Positions 14,883 to 30,169 of a stretch of DNA of 64,000 nucleotides are shown here, piece after piece. This DNA is from the human T2T-CHM13v2.0 reference genome, Homo sapiens. A model generated the notes under the pieces. It was not told where the DNA came from and did not search any database. It was given only the letters and a program-made list of their open reading frames with translations. Position numbers and translations under genes: made by a program. Position 1 is the first letter of the stretch, and each line of letters begins with the position of its first letter. Location of the stretch: NCBI RefSeq assembly GCF_009914755.1, contig NC_060939.1; one strand, written 5' to 3'.

Positions 14883-15942
14883 TTCAGACCCAAGAGGCGG
14901 TCCATGTGGCCAAGAAAAGGTGTTTTAGATCAAGTTGAGGCCGTGCCACTTACTGGCTGAGTCATCCAGGGTGCTCCTAGGGACTCAGTTGCAGTTCTTG
15001 TGGAGCAGTTTCTTTTCTCCTCTGTATTGATGCTCTTGTGCTACCTGTAGCCCCTTCTCCTTTTCTAACCATTCTCTTTCCTGAGATTCTGTACCGAGTT
15101 TAGAGAAGGCATTACTGGCTAATATGGACTTATTGAGCAAACTCATGAGAGGTATTTGTACTTTACTAGGAGACCCAAAATCTAAAATCTCTGGAGATGT
15201 TTGCACAGTATATGCATGATGGCCAGCCCCAGGAGGGAGTGGGGAGCAGGACCCTGGTCCTAACCAATGACCACACCCCTTCACCCCTCCAGACAGGGCT
15301 GGCCCTGTGGCTTAGGGCAGACCCACACATCCCTAGTGCTGATGACAGGAGAAAGGAAACTCCATATTTTTCACGCCCCTGCCCCTTGGTGACAGGCTTG
15401 TGCCAGGCACTTTTTTTTTCCCTCTTATCTCCTTTTGTTCTATAACAGCCCTGCAGGGAGAGAATTCCCTTCCTAGAGAGAGAACTATCCTAGAGAGGGT
15501 TTGCAAACCAAGGCCGGAGAGGTCGATTTGCCCCAGGTCACAGCATGGGAAAGGGAAGGGGCAACTGATTCCAAAGCCCAAGTTCTCTCCCCTAGACCAG
15601 GCTGCCTTGACTGCACACAGGTTGGAAATGATGGGGACTCAAATGTCCTGAGCCCATGCAACGTGCCAGGCTTGCTACCAGGTGCCTGTGATGTGTAATT
15701 TCATAATCTCCTGTCCTACCCATTTGTTGTTAAATATGTGTTGACAATGAAGGCAGAAATGGCTTATGGGGGCTTATGGAGGGAACTCTTAGGGGGCATT
15801 TGTATCTTATGTTGTTAGGAAGCTCCTGAAGTACAAAAGGTTTCAAGACTTTAGGGTATAAAGCTAAGATGGCGGAATAACAGGCAGTGGGAGTGAGTTA
15901 GTATTTAATAATGTATATCCTTTGAATGAGAGAAAGCTGGTT

Positions 15943-16003
15943 TGATGATGATGATGATGATGACTATGGTGGTGGTGGTGGCGGTGCTGTGTTGCTGCTG
16001 CTG
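15943..16003. repeat. Compound trinucleotide repeat (GAT)n(GGT)n(GCT)n
   Basis: Read directly from the sequence. Confidence 0.85.
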
Positions 16004-16396
16004 ACCTCAGATGCTATCAGCATCCCACATCCAGGCAGGTCTCTGCCCTTATTTAGAAGGAAGGAGCTTCCTGCTGCAGCTTTGATTCCCCGTGCCTGGC
16101 CTCATCTCTCCCTGCTTCCCTGGCGCTGAGCCCTGTCCAGAGCTCTGTGGTTCCTGAGGGGCTGGGGGTGAGGATGGTTATGGCCACAGGGATTCAGAGC
16201 ATCTCTTACAGGTCTGCTGGGACCTGCTCCCTCTGAGAACAGAATGAAGCTTCCCTGCAAATCCTGGGCCTCAGTCTTCAGGGGTTTCTGGGCAATCATT
16301 GACAGCATATGACCCTAATCAATCTATGTTAGGTTTCATGATATCCATAGTGCTAAAAACAAAACAAAACAAAACAAAAACAAAAAAACAACTTGG

Positions 16397-16716
<320 letters not shown>

Positions 16717-17504
16717 TAAGTGCCAAAAAAATTGCCTCTAAACTTCTGGGAAAACCTATGTTGGGTGTTGGGGGAGGTCTTTCTGAGCATTTAGAGGAGT
16801 ATGTATGTGGACCATGGAGGCAGGGAGGGGCACAGGCTGGCAACTTCTCCACGTGCATGTTCTGCAGGCTGTTTTGGTGAGCTTGTGTATGTGTGCTAGC
16901 GGTGGTATATATTCCTGATGTATTTCGTGTGATTAACACGTGAGCCCTATGTGTGTCAGAGGTACTAGATGTACATGTGCTCTGCATGTATGGAGAGCAG
17001 GTTAGGGATAGGATTTGGGCCTGCTGTCCCAGTGTCCTGGTTTGCATGGTAACTTAGAGGGTCACCCCCTACGTGATCCATGTAGTATGTGAGTTTGGTA
17101 TGTGTGTGTGATATGTATTGGTGGTGTGACAGCTGTGGGGCAAGCTTAGCATCTGCATGTCAGACATCTGGGCTGATCCTGGCCATGAAGCCCCAACGGT
17201 GATTTGATCATAGTGGCTTTGAGCATGGTACGGGTCAAAGTCAGGGAGGGGTGGCTTGGATCTATAGGGTATACATGCATGTGTACCGTAAAAGAGCCCA
17301 GCGCCCTAGGTGAGGGCTGTGTAGTGTGGACTTGGGGCAGTGGCCTGCAGAGCCAGAGTCTGACAATAGTGATGGTGACAGTGTCCTAGGTGGGAGCCAG
17401 ACTGTGGGGGACAGAGGGTCTTGCAGAGGCTAATAAAGAAAACTAGGGTCCAAGTAAAATGCGGTGCATTCACATTTTAGGGGATGCTTCTAAACTATCT
17501 GTGC

Positions 17505-18040
17505 ATTTATTCAACACATATTTACTGACACTCTGTGCAGGGGACTGTGCCGGGCTTGGATAGGCTGGGGGTTAGGAGGTGGCAGGGTGGGGAATAGAGT
17601 AGGCACACAGGGATGAAATGGACAGATCCTTGGAGCTTTCTGTTTAGTAGATGGGAGAAAAACATCCACAATGTGCCACCAGAGTGGGTATGTCAGTGTC
17701 CTGTGGAAAGGCTCTGTCCCATAGGGAAGACAGCAAGAAGGCTTTATAAGGAGGTGGCAACTGAATGGAGACTGGAGGGTGCACCAGCAGGATGTGGCTG
17801 AGGGGGATGGAGAGCAAGGGTATTCGAGGGAATGGGCAGACTGAACAAAGGCGTGGCAGTGGGGCCACACGTGGGTTGGGGGGCTGCAGGGTAAGGCAGT
17901 TTGGATTTGCTGGAGTTCAGGGGTTAGGGAAGGGTGATGAGAGGCAGCAGCAGGAGCCTGGAGGTCAGGCTGGGCCCAGCCAGGATGGCCTTGAGCGACA
18001 GGCATGAACTTTGCTTGGGAGATAAAAGAGGGCCCCCTAG
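17505..18040 (-). mobile_element. L2 fragment
   Basis: 'tttattcaacacatatttactga' is the L2 3' end in reverse, followed by L2 body. Confidence 0.55.
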
Positions 18041-18142
18041 AGCAGGTGAGTGACTCAGTGTTCCAGCCTGTTTTAGAAAGGTGCCTGGGCCCTTCCTCTC
18101 TGGCTGAGAGTCTAGACTCTGGCAAATCCAATTGCTTATTGA

Positions 18143-18618
<476 letters not shown>

Positions 18619-19304
18619 CCTTGGGTTTTTAAAGCTAGTTTCCTCTAGATTTTTCTGGCCCTAGAGGTTTCTCAGTCAAGTTCTCACAGAGTGCCTCACC
18701 ACACAGAACACGGGCCTGGAATGTGCCCTCCATGAAGGCACCCAAGCCCAGGAAGGGGCAAGTTTGATGGGAGCTCAGGGCAGACTTCCCTGCAGGGCAG
18801 ACCTGGTGTGGGGCTGCAGGCCTGAGGGAGGAGAGGGGAGCAGAGCTACTGAGGGAGATGGGGTGGGAGGGGGCACCCTGGGGAGCAGTGAGGGCCTGAG
18901 GAGGGGCTCAGCCCTGGGCTGGGGAGTGCTGAGATGCCCCAGAGACTATGTAACCTTGCCACGCCAGTTTATTTATTGGTAAAATGTCGGTGGCACCATC
19001 ACAGCCCTCAGAGGGCAGTGAGAGCACATGAGATGGTGTTTATTATGAGTGTTTTGTATTGGAGAACAGTGATACGGATGGACAGCGTGGTGACTGGGCA
19101 CTCCATTCCTGCCACCACCTGGGGAACGGACACCTCCCCTGAGCTGCCTGACAGGTGCCTGATTCCCCCATCATTTGTCAGCCATTTCCAAATTCAGCTC
19201 TCCTGGCTCCATCACCCCCAAGGCCACAGTTAAGGTTTCATCCTGTTGGGGGCAGTGAGGATCACTCTGGGTTTACCCGCAGCTCACAGGCAGGGGCAGG
19301 CGGG

Positions 19305-19550
19305 CGTGTCAAGCTCATGGACTATGCAACCTGACTATTGGGTTCAGGTCTTGGCCCTGGGGCTTTTTGGACCTTGTGCAAGGTGTTAACCTCTCTGTGT
19401 CTTAGTTTCCCTATCTGCAAAATGGGAATTACAATAGTATCTTCTTCCAAGGGTAGTGGTGAAGATGAAATAAGTTAATATATGTAATGTTCTTAGAACA
19501 GTGCCTGGCCCAGAGTAAGTGCTATAGATGCTTTCAGCGTTTTATTATTA
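19305..19550 (+). mobile_element. MIR
   Basis: 'aacctctctgtgtcttagtttccctatctgcaaaatgggaat...cttagaacagtgcctggc'. Confidence 0.75.
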
Positions 19551-19861
19551 CATATGACCCAACAGGAACTAGGCCCACTGCAGGTGCAAGAAGAGGCTAT
19601 GATTTACCTACTCTGTGCCAAACACTTTTGTAGAGCTTGCCCTGTCTCATGCTCACAACCGTCCTACAAGAAACATCCACGTGTGAGGCGAGCAAAGGGT
19701 GAACCTACCCTAAGCCACCCAGGAGGTGAATGGCAAGGCTGAGATGCAAACTCAGGTTTCCCTGACTCAAAGTCCATGCTCTCCCCACTCTGCCAAGCAG
19801 CCTCCAGTGAAGACATTTGGGGAGGATGGGATCCAGCATCTACTGAGCACCTACTACATGC

Positions 19862-20115
19862 TCTATCACCCAGGCTGGAGTACAGTGGCGTGATCTCGGC
19901 TCACTGCAAGATTCAAGCTATTCTCATGCCTCAGCCTCCCAAGTAGCTGGGACTACTGGCACCCACCACCATGCCCGGCTAATTTTTGTATTTTTAATAG
20001 AGATGGGGTTTCACCATGTTGGCCAGGCTGCTCTCGAACTCCTGAGCTCAGGTGATCCACCCACTTCGGCCTCCCAAAGTGCTGGGATTACAGGTGTGAG
20101 CCACTGCACCAAGCC
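19862..20115 (-). mobile_element. AluS, tail-less and internally deleted
   Basis: Reverse Alu lacking poly-T and about 15 bp of the right arm. Confidence 0.88.
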
Positions 20116-23100
20116 TGCGTGCTGGTTCTTATTCTGTGACATCACCATCTCCCGACACAGAGAATGGAGGTCAAATACAGTACTGTTTTGTCACAACCCT
20201 GCTCGAGACGGCAGTGGCTCCCTCTTGCCTGCTGACTTAAGCACAAGACCCCACCTTGGCATGCAGGGCCCACCTGCTCTGCTCCCACTCTTTTCCTTCC
20301 ACTCCCTCCCTACACCCTCCTCGACACCTGTGCCTCATGGCCAGGGAGCCCCTGACTGGCTTCCCTGGGCCTGTCTCAGGGAATTATATCTCCCTCCTCA
20401 GAACTTTTAGGAGAAGCAAGAATATGAATTTTTTAGTGTTTTTGGGAGATAACTTTTAAATAGATTTTTTGTTATGTTTTTTCTGTTTTTTGCATTTACC
20501 CCCATTGTTAGTTTTCTTATTAGCCCCACTTTGAAATAATTTATTCATGACCTTTTTTTGCAATATCCTTCATTTTCCAGACATAATCACATCTTCTGGC
20601 AGGAATCCCTTCCCCTCCTGGGGTTGATAATTACTCTTGCAGATGGAATTATCGGCACTAATGACTAAGGGAGAGGTGGCTGGGAGGGGCTGGGCTAGGG
20701 GGCTGGGGAGCTGGGGCACTGAAGCTTGAGCGCAGGGCTAGCAGGAGCTTTCTTTGTTCCAGGCCTGCAGATTTTGTGGGGGGACTAGAGCCTGTGGGCT
20801 CTTCTGCACAATGAGGGTGCAAACGCTGACCCCCTGTCTCCTGGGGCTGGTGTAAAGCTCCAATGAAACAAGCTGTTGGGAAGGATGGGTAGAATCCCAG
20901 AGTGCAAAGTGGGGATGCTACAGCCCCACCCTACAGGGTTGTTGTGAGGATTAAACACAATGTACATAGAACAGAGTGCCTGGCCTAGGGCCCACTGCAA
21001 AATATGAGCCATCATCACCCCCATTTGGTTGTCTACTTTCTCCAGACCTTTCAGGGAGGCTTCTCTGATTTGTGGCCCTATCCCTGCCCTCTAGAATTGG
21101 TGAGGTCAGACCCAGGCCCTGGGTTCTGGCTAGGACTGGGAGCCAGCAGAAGCCCCATCTATGCTGAAGACTTGGACAAAAAGAAAACCGGGTATACTTA
21201 AAGCATAGATGCCGCAGATCTGCTCCAATAGCTTCTTTTGCTGCACAGAGATTGCTGCGGCCACTAGGCCTGAGACAAAGCCCCAGCCCAGACCCCAGTA
21301 ATGAGGGTACTGATAATAAGGACATCAGGAACATGACAGCAAGAGGGTGGTCTGAGATGGCAAATGTTTATTTTTTAGAGTAGAAGAGTCAGCAGTTTTC
21401 CCTAATAAGCTGTACAGTGGGGTCCCAGAGGGGGAAGGCTGGCCTCATCTTAGTGACATAAAACCAATTTTCCCTACTTTGCTCTGTGAATTAATTGACA
21501 ACATGACTTAACCCCCTGGTGACTCCCTTTGTGCCCCCACCGACCTGCCACCCCCACCATCCCTCCCTGCCCAGGGAAACATCAGTACGTGTCTGCTGTG
21601 GGTACAGGAAGCTCATGAGATGGAGGTAAAGGTGGAAAGAACAGTAGGCTGGGAGTCATGTCGCCTGTATTCCATCCCAGCTCTGTTACAATATGCTGTG
21701 TGACCTGAGGGAAGTTCACTTTCCCTTTCTGACCTTGTTTTTTTTTTGCTGTGCACTGTGGAAGCCCTGAGCATTCTTCCAGCTCCACCATTATGAAGCT
21801 GTTTTACAGTGTTACACCTGTTTTACAGCGTTACACCCTGCATCTCGCTCAGTGCGCATACCGACCCCGAAGGGCTGGCATTATTAATCCATCTCACCAA
21901 TGAGAAACGGGCTCTAAGAGGCTGTGTTTCCTAAGGTCACACAGCTACTGAGTGACAGATGTGGGATTCCAACCCAGGACTGTCTGATTCCAAAGTCCAT
22001 GTCCTTTTGCTTGCAGTGTGTCTTCTCTCCACAACCACATAATAAACCCTGACAAACATTTACTGAACATTCGCTACGTGCCAGGCTTTGTTCTAAATAT
22101 TTTATCTAATTCAATCCTCAGAATAACACTACAGCATAGTGCCATTAATTATCCTGTTTTATTGATGAAAAAATGAGGCTTGAGAAGCTTAAGTAACTCC
22201 AACAAGACCACATAGGAGGTGATAACAGAGCTAGGACTTGGGTACTGGAGTGTGTGTGTGTGTGTGTCTTATTTTTGGATGATCATTTCTGCTATTTTGC
22301 AGTGTTTGTACTCCTCTGTTCGCACAGGCATGGCAGCTAGAGGATGAATTCCTCATTCCCGGTGCTGCATTCAGGAAAATCTTTTACTACAGTAATTGGG
22401 AAATGAGTCAATAGTGGGAGGTGAGGGGATGAGAAGCTGGTTTTCTGTTCTTAGGGCTAACAGCCTGTAGATCTCAGCTTGATGAAGAATGAAAGAAAAG
22501 AAAATGCACACACATGATATCCATGTCACCTGGCTGTCATTTTCAGTCTGCATTCTCTACTGGTCACACTTCTCTCACTCCCTAGTTCCAGCTTAGGAGC
22601 CACCCAAGAGGTGGACACGCACTCTGCCCAGCTGGGGGAGGCCGGGGGAGCGTAACGTCTTTAAAGGACATTGGAAACCTTGGAGGGAAATTCAATCACT
22701 GCTCCACTGATCTGAATTTTCATAACTCTTGCGCCCCGCTCCCACCTTCCCTGGTCAGAACAGCTGAGGTTTCTGTATGACCTACCAGTGGCACAGAGAA
22801 AGGTGAGAAAAATGCAGAAACAAATTTGTTCATTTGGGTGATGGAGTGCCTGCTCCCCTCGCCAGCATGCAGGGTTGAATAATGGCAGACAGGGCTTCAA
22901 AAAATTGCAGCATAAATAGATGAGCCCTTTAAGGTAATAGAAATGCTGTCATCCTGGGGAGAAATATGGGCCCCAAATCCTATGGGAGGGGACACTGGAG
23001 CCCCTCTCCTCTGCTTCCCGCATTCCCGTCTCCATCACAGTGGAGCTGAAAGGGAGCATCTGGGCTGAGGAATGGCCAGAGGGCCCCTTATCTTCCAGAC

Positions 23101-23719
23101 ACGCAGGACCCATGCGGGAGGAGGCAGCCGGAAGGGGGTCTGAGAAATCAAGTTTTTGCAGCCCTGGCAGTGACCTCACAGACAGTTCACTGCAGGCACC
23201 AAGGTGGCAGTAATTAGTCCTACAGCAGTGGAGGAGGCTCCATCAGTCTGGCCGCCTAGGTGAGGCCTTAATTAAGGAAAGGAAGCCTAGTCAGCAGAGG
23301 AGCATGGTGGAGCCGAGAAATCAGCCTTCTTCCCCCGTGTGAGCAGGAAGTCTATTCTCGGTTCTGTGGCTGCTCTTGGGAACCCAGGAGCCCTTCGCAA
23401 CCCTGCTGTTCCCAGCCAAGGGAAAGATTCAACTAACTGCTTCCTTTCTCTCACCCCCATTTCCACCTCTACCCCCAAACAGGGCACTCAGGCCAGGACC
23501 AGTCATCCTCTTCAAGTGAGAGACCCCTTGGTGTAAATAACAACAGCAGCAGCAGTAGTGGCATCATCATCATCATCAACAGCGATAACAGCTAATGCTT
23601 GTTGAAAGATTACTAATATGCTAGACATTCTAAGCACTTTATATTTGCTAATTAATTTAGTCAGCCCAATAATCCTACAAGGCTATGTTATTATTCCTTT
23701 ATATAAGAAACTAGAGGCA

Positions 23720-24035
23720 GGCTGGGTATAGTGGCTCACGCCTGGAAATCCAACATTTTGGGAGGCCAAGATGGGCAGATCATGAGAGGCCAGGAATTCG
23801 AGACCAGCCTGGGCAACATGGCAAAACCCCATCTCTACAAAAAAATCAGCTGGGCATGATGGCGTGCACCTGTAGACCCAGCTACTTGGGAGGTTGAGGT
23901 GGGAGGATCGCCTGAGCCCAGAGAGGTCAAGGCTGCACAGTGAGCCAAGATCGCACCACTGCATTCCAGCCTGGGCAATAGAGTGAGGCTTAGACACACA
24001 GACACACACACACACACACACACACAAAAGGAAAT
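23720..24035 (+). mobile_element. AluJ with (CA)n tail inserted into a MIR
   Basis: Target-site duplication aagaaactag(a/g)ggca on both sides; MIR sequence continues on both flanks. Confidence 0.88.
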
Positions 24036-24722
24036 AAAAGAAACTAGGGGCACAGAGAGGTACAATATCTTGCCCAATGTCACACAGCTAATATGCAGCA
24101 AAGCTGGTATTCGAAGGCAGAGAATTTGGCACCAGAGTCTCTGCAAACCACTACACAAAATTTCATAAGGCAGAAGCTCATGCCACTGCTCAAAGAATCT
24201 GGAGATGGTGTGTCAGGGGTCAGCTGCTCCAGTCCCACTGTAGCTATCTGTTTACATAAATTTCAGAGAAGCCAACAGGTAGAGTCAAGTCCCAGCCCTA
24301 CTGGCAAGGCCTCTTGGGAAATGCCATGAATGTCCTTACTGTAAAGCTCAGGAATGTTCCAGAAACTTCTGCTTTAAGGGCATTGGGTCTACCAGGGATT
24401 TCATTCATTTCAGGGAGTTTGCTGAGCAAGATATTTGTGTGGTAGGCATTGTAGGCTTGTTAGGAGGTCCAGGGTTAGAGGGAAACATGTTATTGTCCTT
24501 AGGGAGATAGAACCTGAGTATGAGCCACACACAGTGGAAACAAAGGGATGGAATGGTTAATTCCGAAGAGAGGAGTATTCAGGGAAGGCTTCATGGAAGA
24601 GGCAGCCTTTGATTTCCTGAAAGGCTGAGAAGGATTTTCATAGATGCGATAGGGACTATGGGAAGGGCATTCTAGGAAGAAAGAGAGGTTTGAGAAAAAG
24701 CACAGAGGCCCCAAAGAACATA

Positions 24723-25596
24723 TAGTAGTGCCCCCTTATCCTTGGTTTCACTTTCTATAGTGTCAGTTACCTGAGGTCAACTGTGGTTTTAAAGTAGGTT
24801 TGTGGCTGGGCACAGTGGCTCAAGCCTGTAATCCCAGCACTTTGTGAGGCCGAGGCGGGCAGATGACATGAGGTCAGGAGTTCAAGACCAGCCTGGCCAA
24901 CATGGTGAAACCCCGTCTCTACTAAAAATACAAAAATTAGCTGGATGTGTTGGCACATGCCTGTAATCCCAGCTACTCAGGAGGCTGAGGCAAGAGAATT
25001 GCGTGAACCCGGGAGGTGGAGGTTGCAGTAAGCTGAGATCACGCCACTGCATTTCAGCCTAGGCAACAGAGCAAGAGTCCATCTCAAAACAAACAAACAA
25101 ACAAACAAACAAAAAAACCCCAACAAAGTAGGCTTGTACAATACAAGAAGATATTTTAAGCCTAAGATGAGAGGATTGCTTGGGGCCAGGAGTTCCAGAC
25201 CAGCCTGGGCAACATAGTGAGACTCCATCTCTACAAATTTTTTTTTTTTAAATAGCTGGGCATGGTGGTACATGCCTGTATTCTCAGCTGCTCAGGAGTC
25301 TGATGCAGGAGGATCACTTGAGCCCAGGAGTTTGAGGTTACAGTGAGCTATGATTGTGCCATTACACTACAGCCTGGGCAATAGAACGAGGCCCTATCTC
25401 TAAAAAAAATTTTTTTTAAAGATATTTTGAGAGGCCACATTCACATAAATTTTATAGCATATTATTATAATTGTTCTATTATTAGTTATTACTGTTAATC
25501 TCTTATTGTGTAGTACATACAGAATTCAGTACTGCCCACAATTTCAGGCACTGGAGGTCTTAGAATGTATCCCTCATGGATAATGGGGACTACTGT
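24723..25596. mobile_element. MER44A/Tigger7 DNA transposon interrupted by two plus-strand Alus (24804-25118, 25160-25408)
   Basis: Terminal inverted repeats 'tagtagtgcccccttatcc' and 'ggataatggggactactg' with TA flanks. Confidence 0.75.
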
Positions 25597-28500
25597 ACTG
25601 TGTGTGGGGAGGAAATGAGTTATGTGTGCTACAGATTGTGGCAGGACTTAGTGGGAGATGAGATTAGGGTAGACTAGGTTCGAGGGCATATTACAAAGGC
25701 CTGGGATTTGAGGTTTATTTGGTGGGCAGTGGGGAGCCACAGAGAGGGGTGATGTGATGCCAACCTGCAAGTGGATGGACAGCTCCACTTAGTCCCCTCA
25801 TCCACAATTCAGCTAATTCCCTAGCTCAGCGGGGTGTGAAGAAAGGTCCTCACCTCCTGGATAGGATCATCCTCACAAAGACAGGTATTTCAGGACTCTG
25901 CTGGCCTGACCACTGTGTCATATGACCCCTCACTCTGCCTTCTCCCATCCCTGTTCACCCTGGTGTTCTGTCTGGGCGAGGACCCTGGATTCTAAGAAGG
26001 CACAGAGTAGCCTTGAATCCCTGGCTCATGAGGCTGTCCAAGGTGCTGAAACGATGCCGTTTCCACTTGTAAGCACTCCCACTGGAATGACTAGCTCCCA
26101 CACCACTGTTTCCGATGGGCAGGGAATTTCATTCCCATTTTATAGATGAGAAATAGAAACCCAGAAAGTTAGCAGAGCTAAAGCTACAAACTCATTTCTT
26201 GTTTTCTGGTCCAGGGCTCTTTGCCCCCACTGGGCAGCCACAGTGCAATTTACCAATGCATACCCCAAGTGATTCTATCACTGCTGCCAAACAAACATGT
26301 AAAATGCCCAGGCTCTCTTCCCACCCCCATCTCTATCTCCATTTCCCCAAATGTTGAGAGGCTTGTCCACTCGTACAGTGCCCCCTGAGACCGACCATTC
26401 AGGGTGACCCACAGGTGCTTGGGTGGACCTGCCTAGAACAGCAGTTGTGCACGTTCATGGCTCTGATCCATCAGGTATCCGTGGGTACAGCTCATCCCAA
26501 CACCCTCCTACTGGTATCACGGGCATGGGGGAAGCAACGTTCCCCCACTACTCTCATGGCTTACCGGTAATTGCTGCCATTTCACCAAGTGTCTGTTGTA
26601 TTTCAGGCACTGGCTTTGAACTTCTCATATAATGTTCCTAATTCTCATAAGCAAAGTCTTGTTTTAGCAGATGAGGAAGTTCCATGTCAGGCAGGATAAG
26701 TGGCTTGCCAGTAGTCAGTGTGGGGATTGGAGAGCTAGGATTTGAACTTAGATTTGTCTGGTTCCATGGTCACCCTTCAATCAAAGCTCATCAACTAATA
26801 TGAGAGTTCAGTGTCTCCCACCACCGCTGGCTTTGTGATCCCAGGCAAGTCGCTAATCCTGTTTGAACTCCAGCTCCTCATCTGCAAATTGAGGAAAGTG
26901 AAAGTGCATCTCCATGGGCCCTTGTGAGGCATAAGTCAGACGAAGCATGCAGCCAGGATTCAGTGAGTGTTCACTGCTAGTGTGAATGTGCTTATTACTA
27001 GAACACAGGTTCCTGGATGGGGGTCTGATTAGTCTTTCCACATCCCCACCTGCCCCCTAAGTCCTAGCAGAGGAAACATCCAGTATTTCACATTTCAGTG
27101 AACAGGATTCCACTTCCAATGTCCTGGGAAGGAAGTGGAAGTGTGTGAAGGCCAATCCAGAGCCCCAAGCAGGACCTGCTTCTGCCCCGTGTCCCTGTGC
27201 TCTCGGGGGTGGAGACCACGTGACTAGGGCAGGCATGCCACTGAGCTCACAGGTGTGGTTCTGCACTACTTCATCAGCACTCCTCACGTTTATGTTGAGC
27301 CCGAGACCATTCTCAGCCCCTAGAGTCTACTTTCATAAAGCTGTCCCAATATCCTCCCTAAAGACCCCGGGCAGGGAGAGCTGGGGTGGGAGGGGACAGC
27401 TGAGGATGCGGTTTCACATCCACTGTCATGGGGGATACTCACATCCAATAGCAGGCAAAACTGATTTACTCCTCCCATCGTTCAGATAGGGAAATGGAGG
27501 CCCAGCAAGGTAAAGCGACATGTCCAAGATTACTGAGCCTAGAATGAAGGTCTCCAAACACTCAGAAAAGGGCTCCTTTAATTAGTCCTTAACTGACTAC
27601 CTATCCTAAAATCATTCAAGGATAAAGGCGCGTACATACATTCACAAACCAAGCAACCAACAAAGGCATTGCTAATTATTACTGACTGCGGGACATCTTG
27701 AGGCGAGTCTCTGCTGAGTCTGCTCTGCTGATTGCTCCTACTTTGACCAGAACTGGCTGATTGTGGGAAGTTGCATTCACTCAGAAGCTGGAGTGAGGAC
27801 AAGAGTAATGGCTTCCCCCTCAGGGCTTGATGCATACAGGAGTGAGTCATGCTGGTTGAGAACAATGAACTGTTCTGTAATCACCTCCTGCAGCCCCTGC
27901 CCAACATCCAACAGAGCCCCAGAGGAGCCTTTCCAGGAATAACGAGGCTGGGTGGGAGGAGATGGATGGGAATTCGCTGGGTCTCACCAGGGCAGCTTGA
28001 CTCACAATCTGTATTAGCCCTGAGCCCCAGGCAGGGGGCATTCCACAGTGAGATGACTCTGGCATGCACCTGTGCCCCAAAGTTCAAGGACAGGAAGTCA
28101 TTTGCATCTCAGGTGCAAGGAAGAGAGGCAGTGGCCTGGCCTCCAGACTGTTGGAGCACTGGGGACAGTGAGCAAACAGATGCTAGTCTCCCAGGCCTTT
28201 CTGGGGCCCCAGTTTTCCCTTGTTCTGAGGAGAAATGAGTAGGCAGGCAACTGGGGATAAAGAAGGGGGAACAGGGAGGAAAGACCCCCAGCAGACACAC
28301 AGACAATGTATATGACCAGACCGTAAAACCCTCAATGAGCTTCCCACTCCTATGTATACACATACCTTCTTGCTCCTACTTTTCCCCTTTTCCCCCAGAA
28401 CAGTGTTTCCTGACTTGATCCATGGAGTCCATACAGTGGACCATCTTAGAAGTTAATAGGTTCTTCTCTCTCCCTGTATACACCCCATCCACAGATGCCC

Positions 28501-28817
28501 AAAGTCCTACAGCTATGCTAGAAGCCAAGCTGGGACAGGGGTCACCCATGAGCAGTGTGGTGCAGTCACCTGACCACTTGGCTACGTGAGATTTTTTAAT
28601 CCCAAACAATTATTCTCTCCTACCCAAATTCAAAACCCAGGGCACCTCCATTTTACTGTGGAAATTACAACAAAAAATGTACACTAACAAAGGTAAATTA
28701 AGAGAAAACCAGACTTCCTTCTCTTTCAAAGATGCCAAAGAGTTCATTTTTACCCAGTTTTATCTGCACTGGGGAGGAAGAAGGGGGATTGTAACTGTTT
28801 TTTTTTTTTTAATCTTA

Positions 28818-29274
<457 letters not shown>

Positions 29275-29507
29275 ACATGTAATCAATATAACAAAATGAT
29301 TGAGATATTTTATATTCACCTTTTCATACTAAGTCTTGGAAATCCAATGTGTATTTTCCACTTCACATCTCAATTCAGAACTAGCCACATTTCAGTTTGA
29401 ACAATGTTTTGTTCTGGGCCTTGCTCTGCAGACCAGGGGCAACCTGGCTTTAAAAGACATTGTCACCAAGCAAACCCTCGCTTGATCTACAAGAATTCCC
29501 TGTGGAT

Positions 29508-29835
29508 CAGTGGATCTCCATCTTAGCAGCACACTGGCCTCAGCCAGACCATGCCTAGACCAAATACATCAGAATCTCTGGGAGTGGGGCCCAGGCATTG
29601 ATGTTTATAAAGCTTTCCTAGTGATTTCACTGTGCAGCCCAAGTTGAGACCCATGGCTACATATCAGCGTCCTACTCAAAGTGAGGACCACTGACCAGCA
29701 TTATTGGTATCACTTGGGAGCTTGTTAGAAATGCAGAACCTCAGGCCCCATCCCAGACTGACTGAATCAGAACCTGCAAGTGAACAAGGACCACAGGTGC
29801 TTAGAAAATTTACTACTGCCTGAGAAGCCTGCTAG
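29508..29835. mobile_element. Two adjacent MER5A-family hAT fossils
   Basis: 'atcagaatctctgggagtggggcccaggcat' and 'gggagcttgttagaaatgcagaacctcaggccccatcccagac'. Confidence 0.7.
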
Positions 29836-30169
29836 AATGCACTCTATATATCCCATCTTGACACCTGATAGCAACCTTGCGAGGCAGGTGTTCTATTTCA
29901 CGGGTGAGGAAACAGAAGTGAAGAGAGGTTGAATCACTGGTCCAAGGTCACACAATTGGTGAGTAGGATAGCCAGGGTGCAACCTAGGTCTGGTTCCAAA
30001 GGCCACACTCTTTCAACTGCACAATTGTACCACTTCCTACAGCACAATTAAACATGGCCATAGAGAACCCCTGAGTGTTTGGCTCCTTGAGCCTGCTGGG
30101 CATGCCCTGCCTTTGAACAGGATTCCACTTCCAATGTCAAGTTCCCCAGAAACAAACCTCATAAAGACC

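Noticed and set aside
15926-16129. ORF with poly-Asp/Gly/Leu
   Set aside because: Translation of a trinucleotide microsatellite.
18107-18120. Perfect palindromes AGAGTCTAGACTCT and CCTTAATTAAGG (about 23267)
   Set aside because: Several 12-14-bp palindromes are expected by chance in 64 kb.
23190-23215. CTCF-like sequences here and near 1355, 31840, 34212 and 56052
   Set aside because: Each mismatches a core position of the motif; not supportable without ChIP data.
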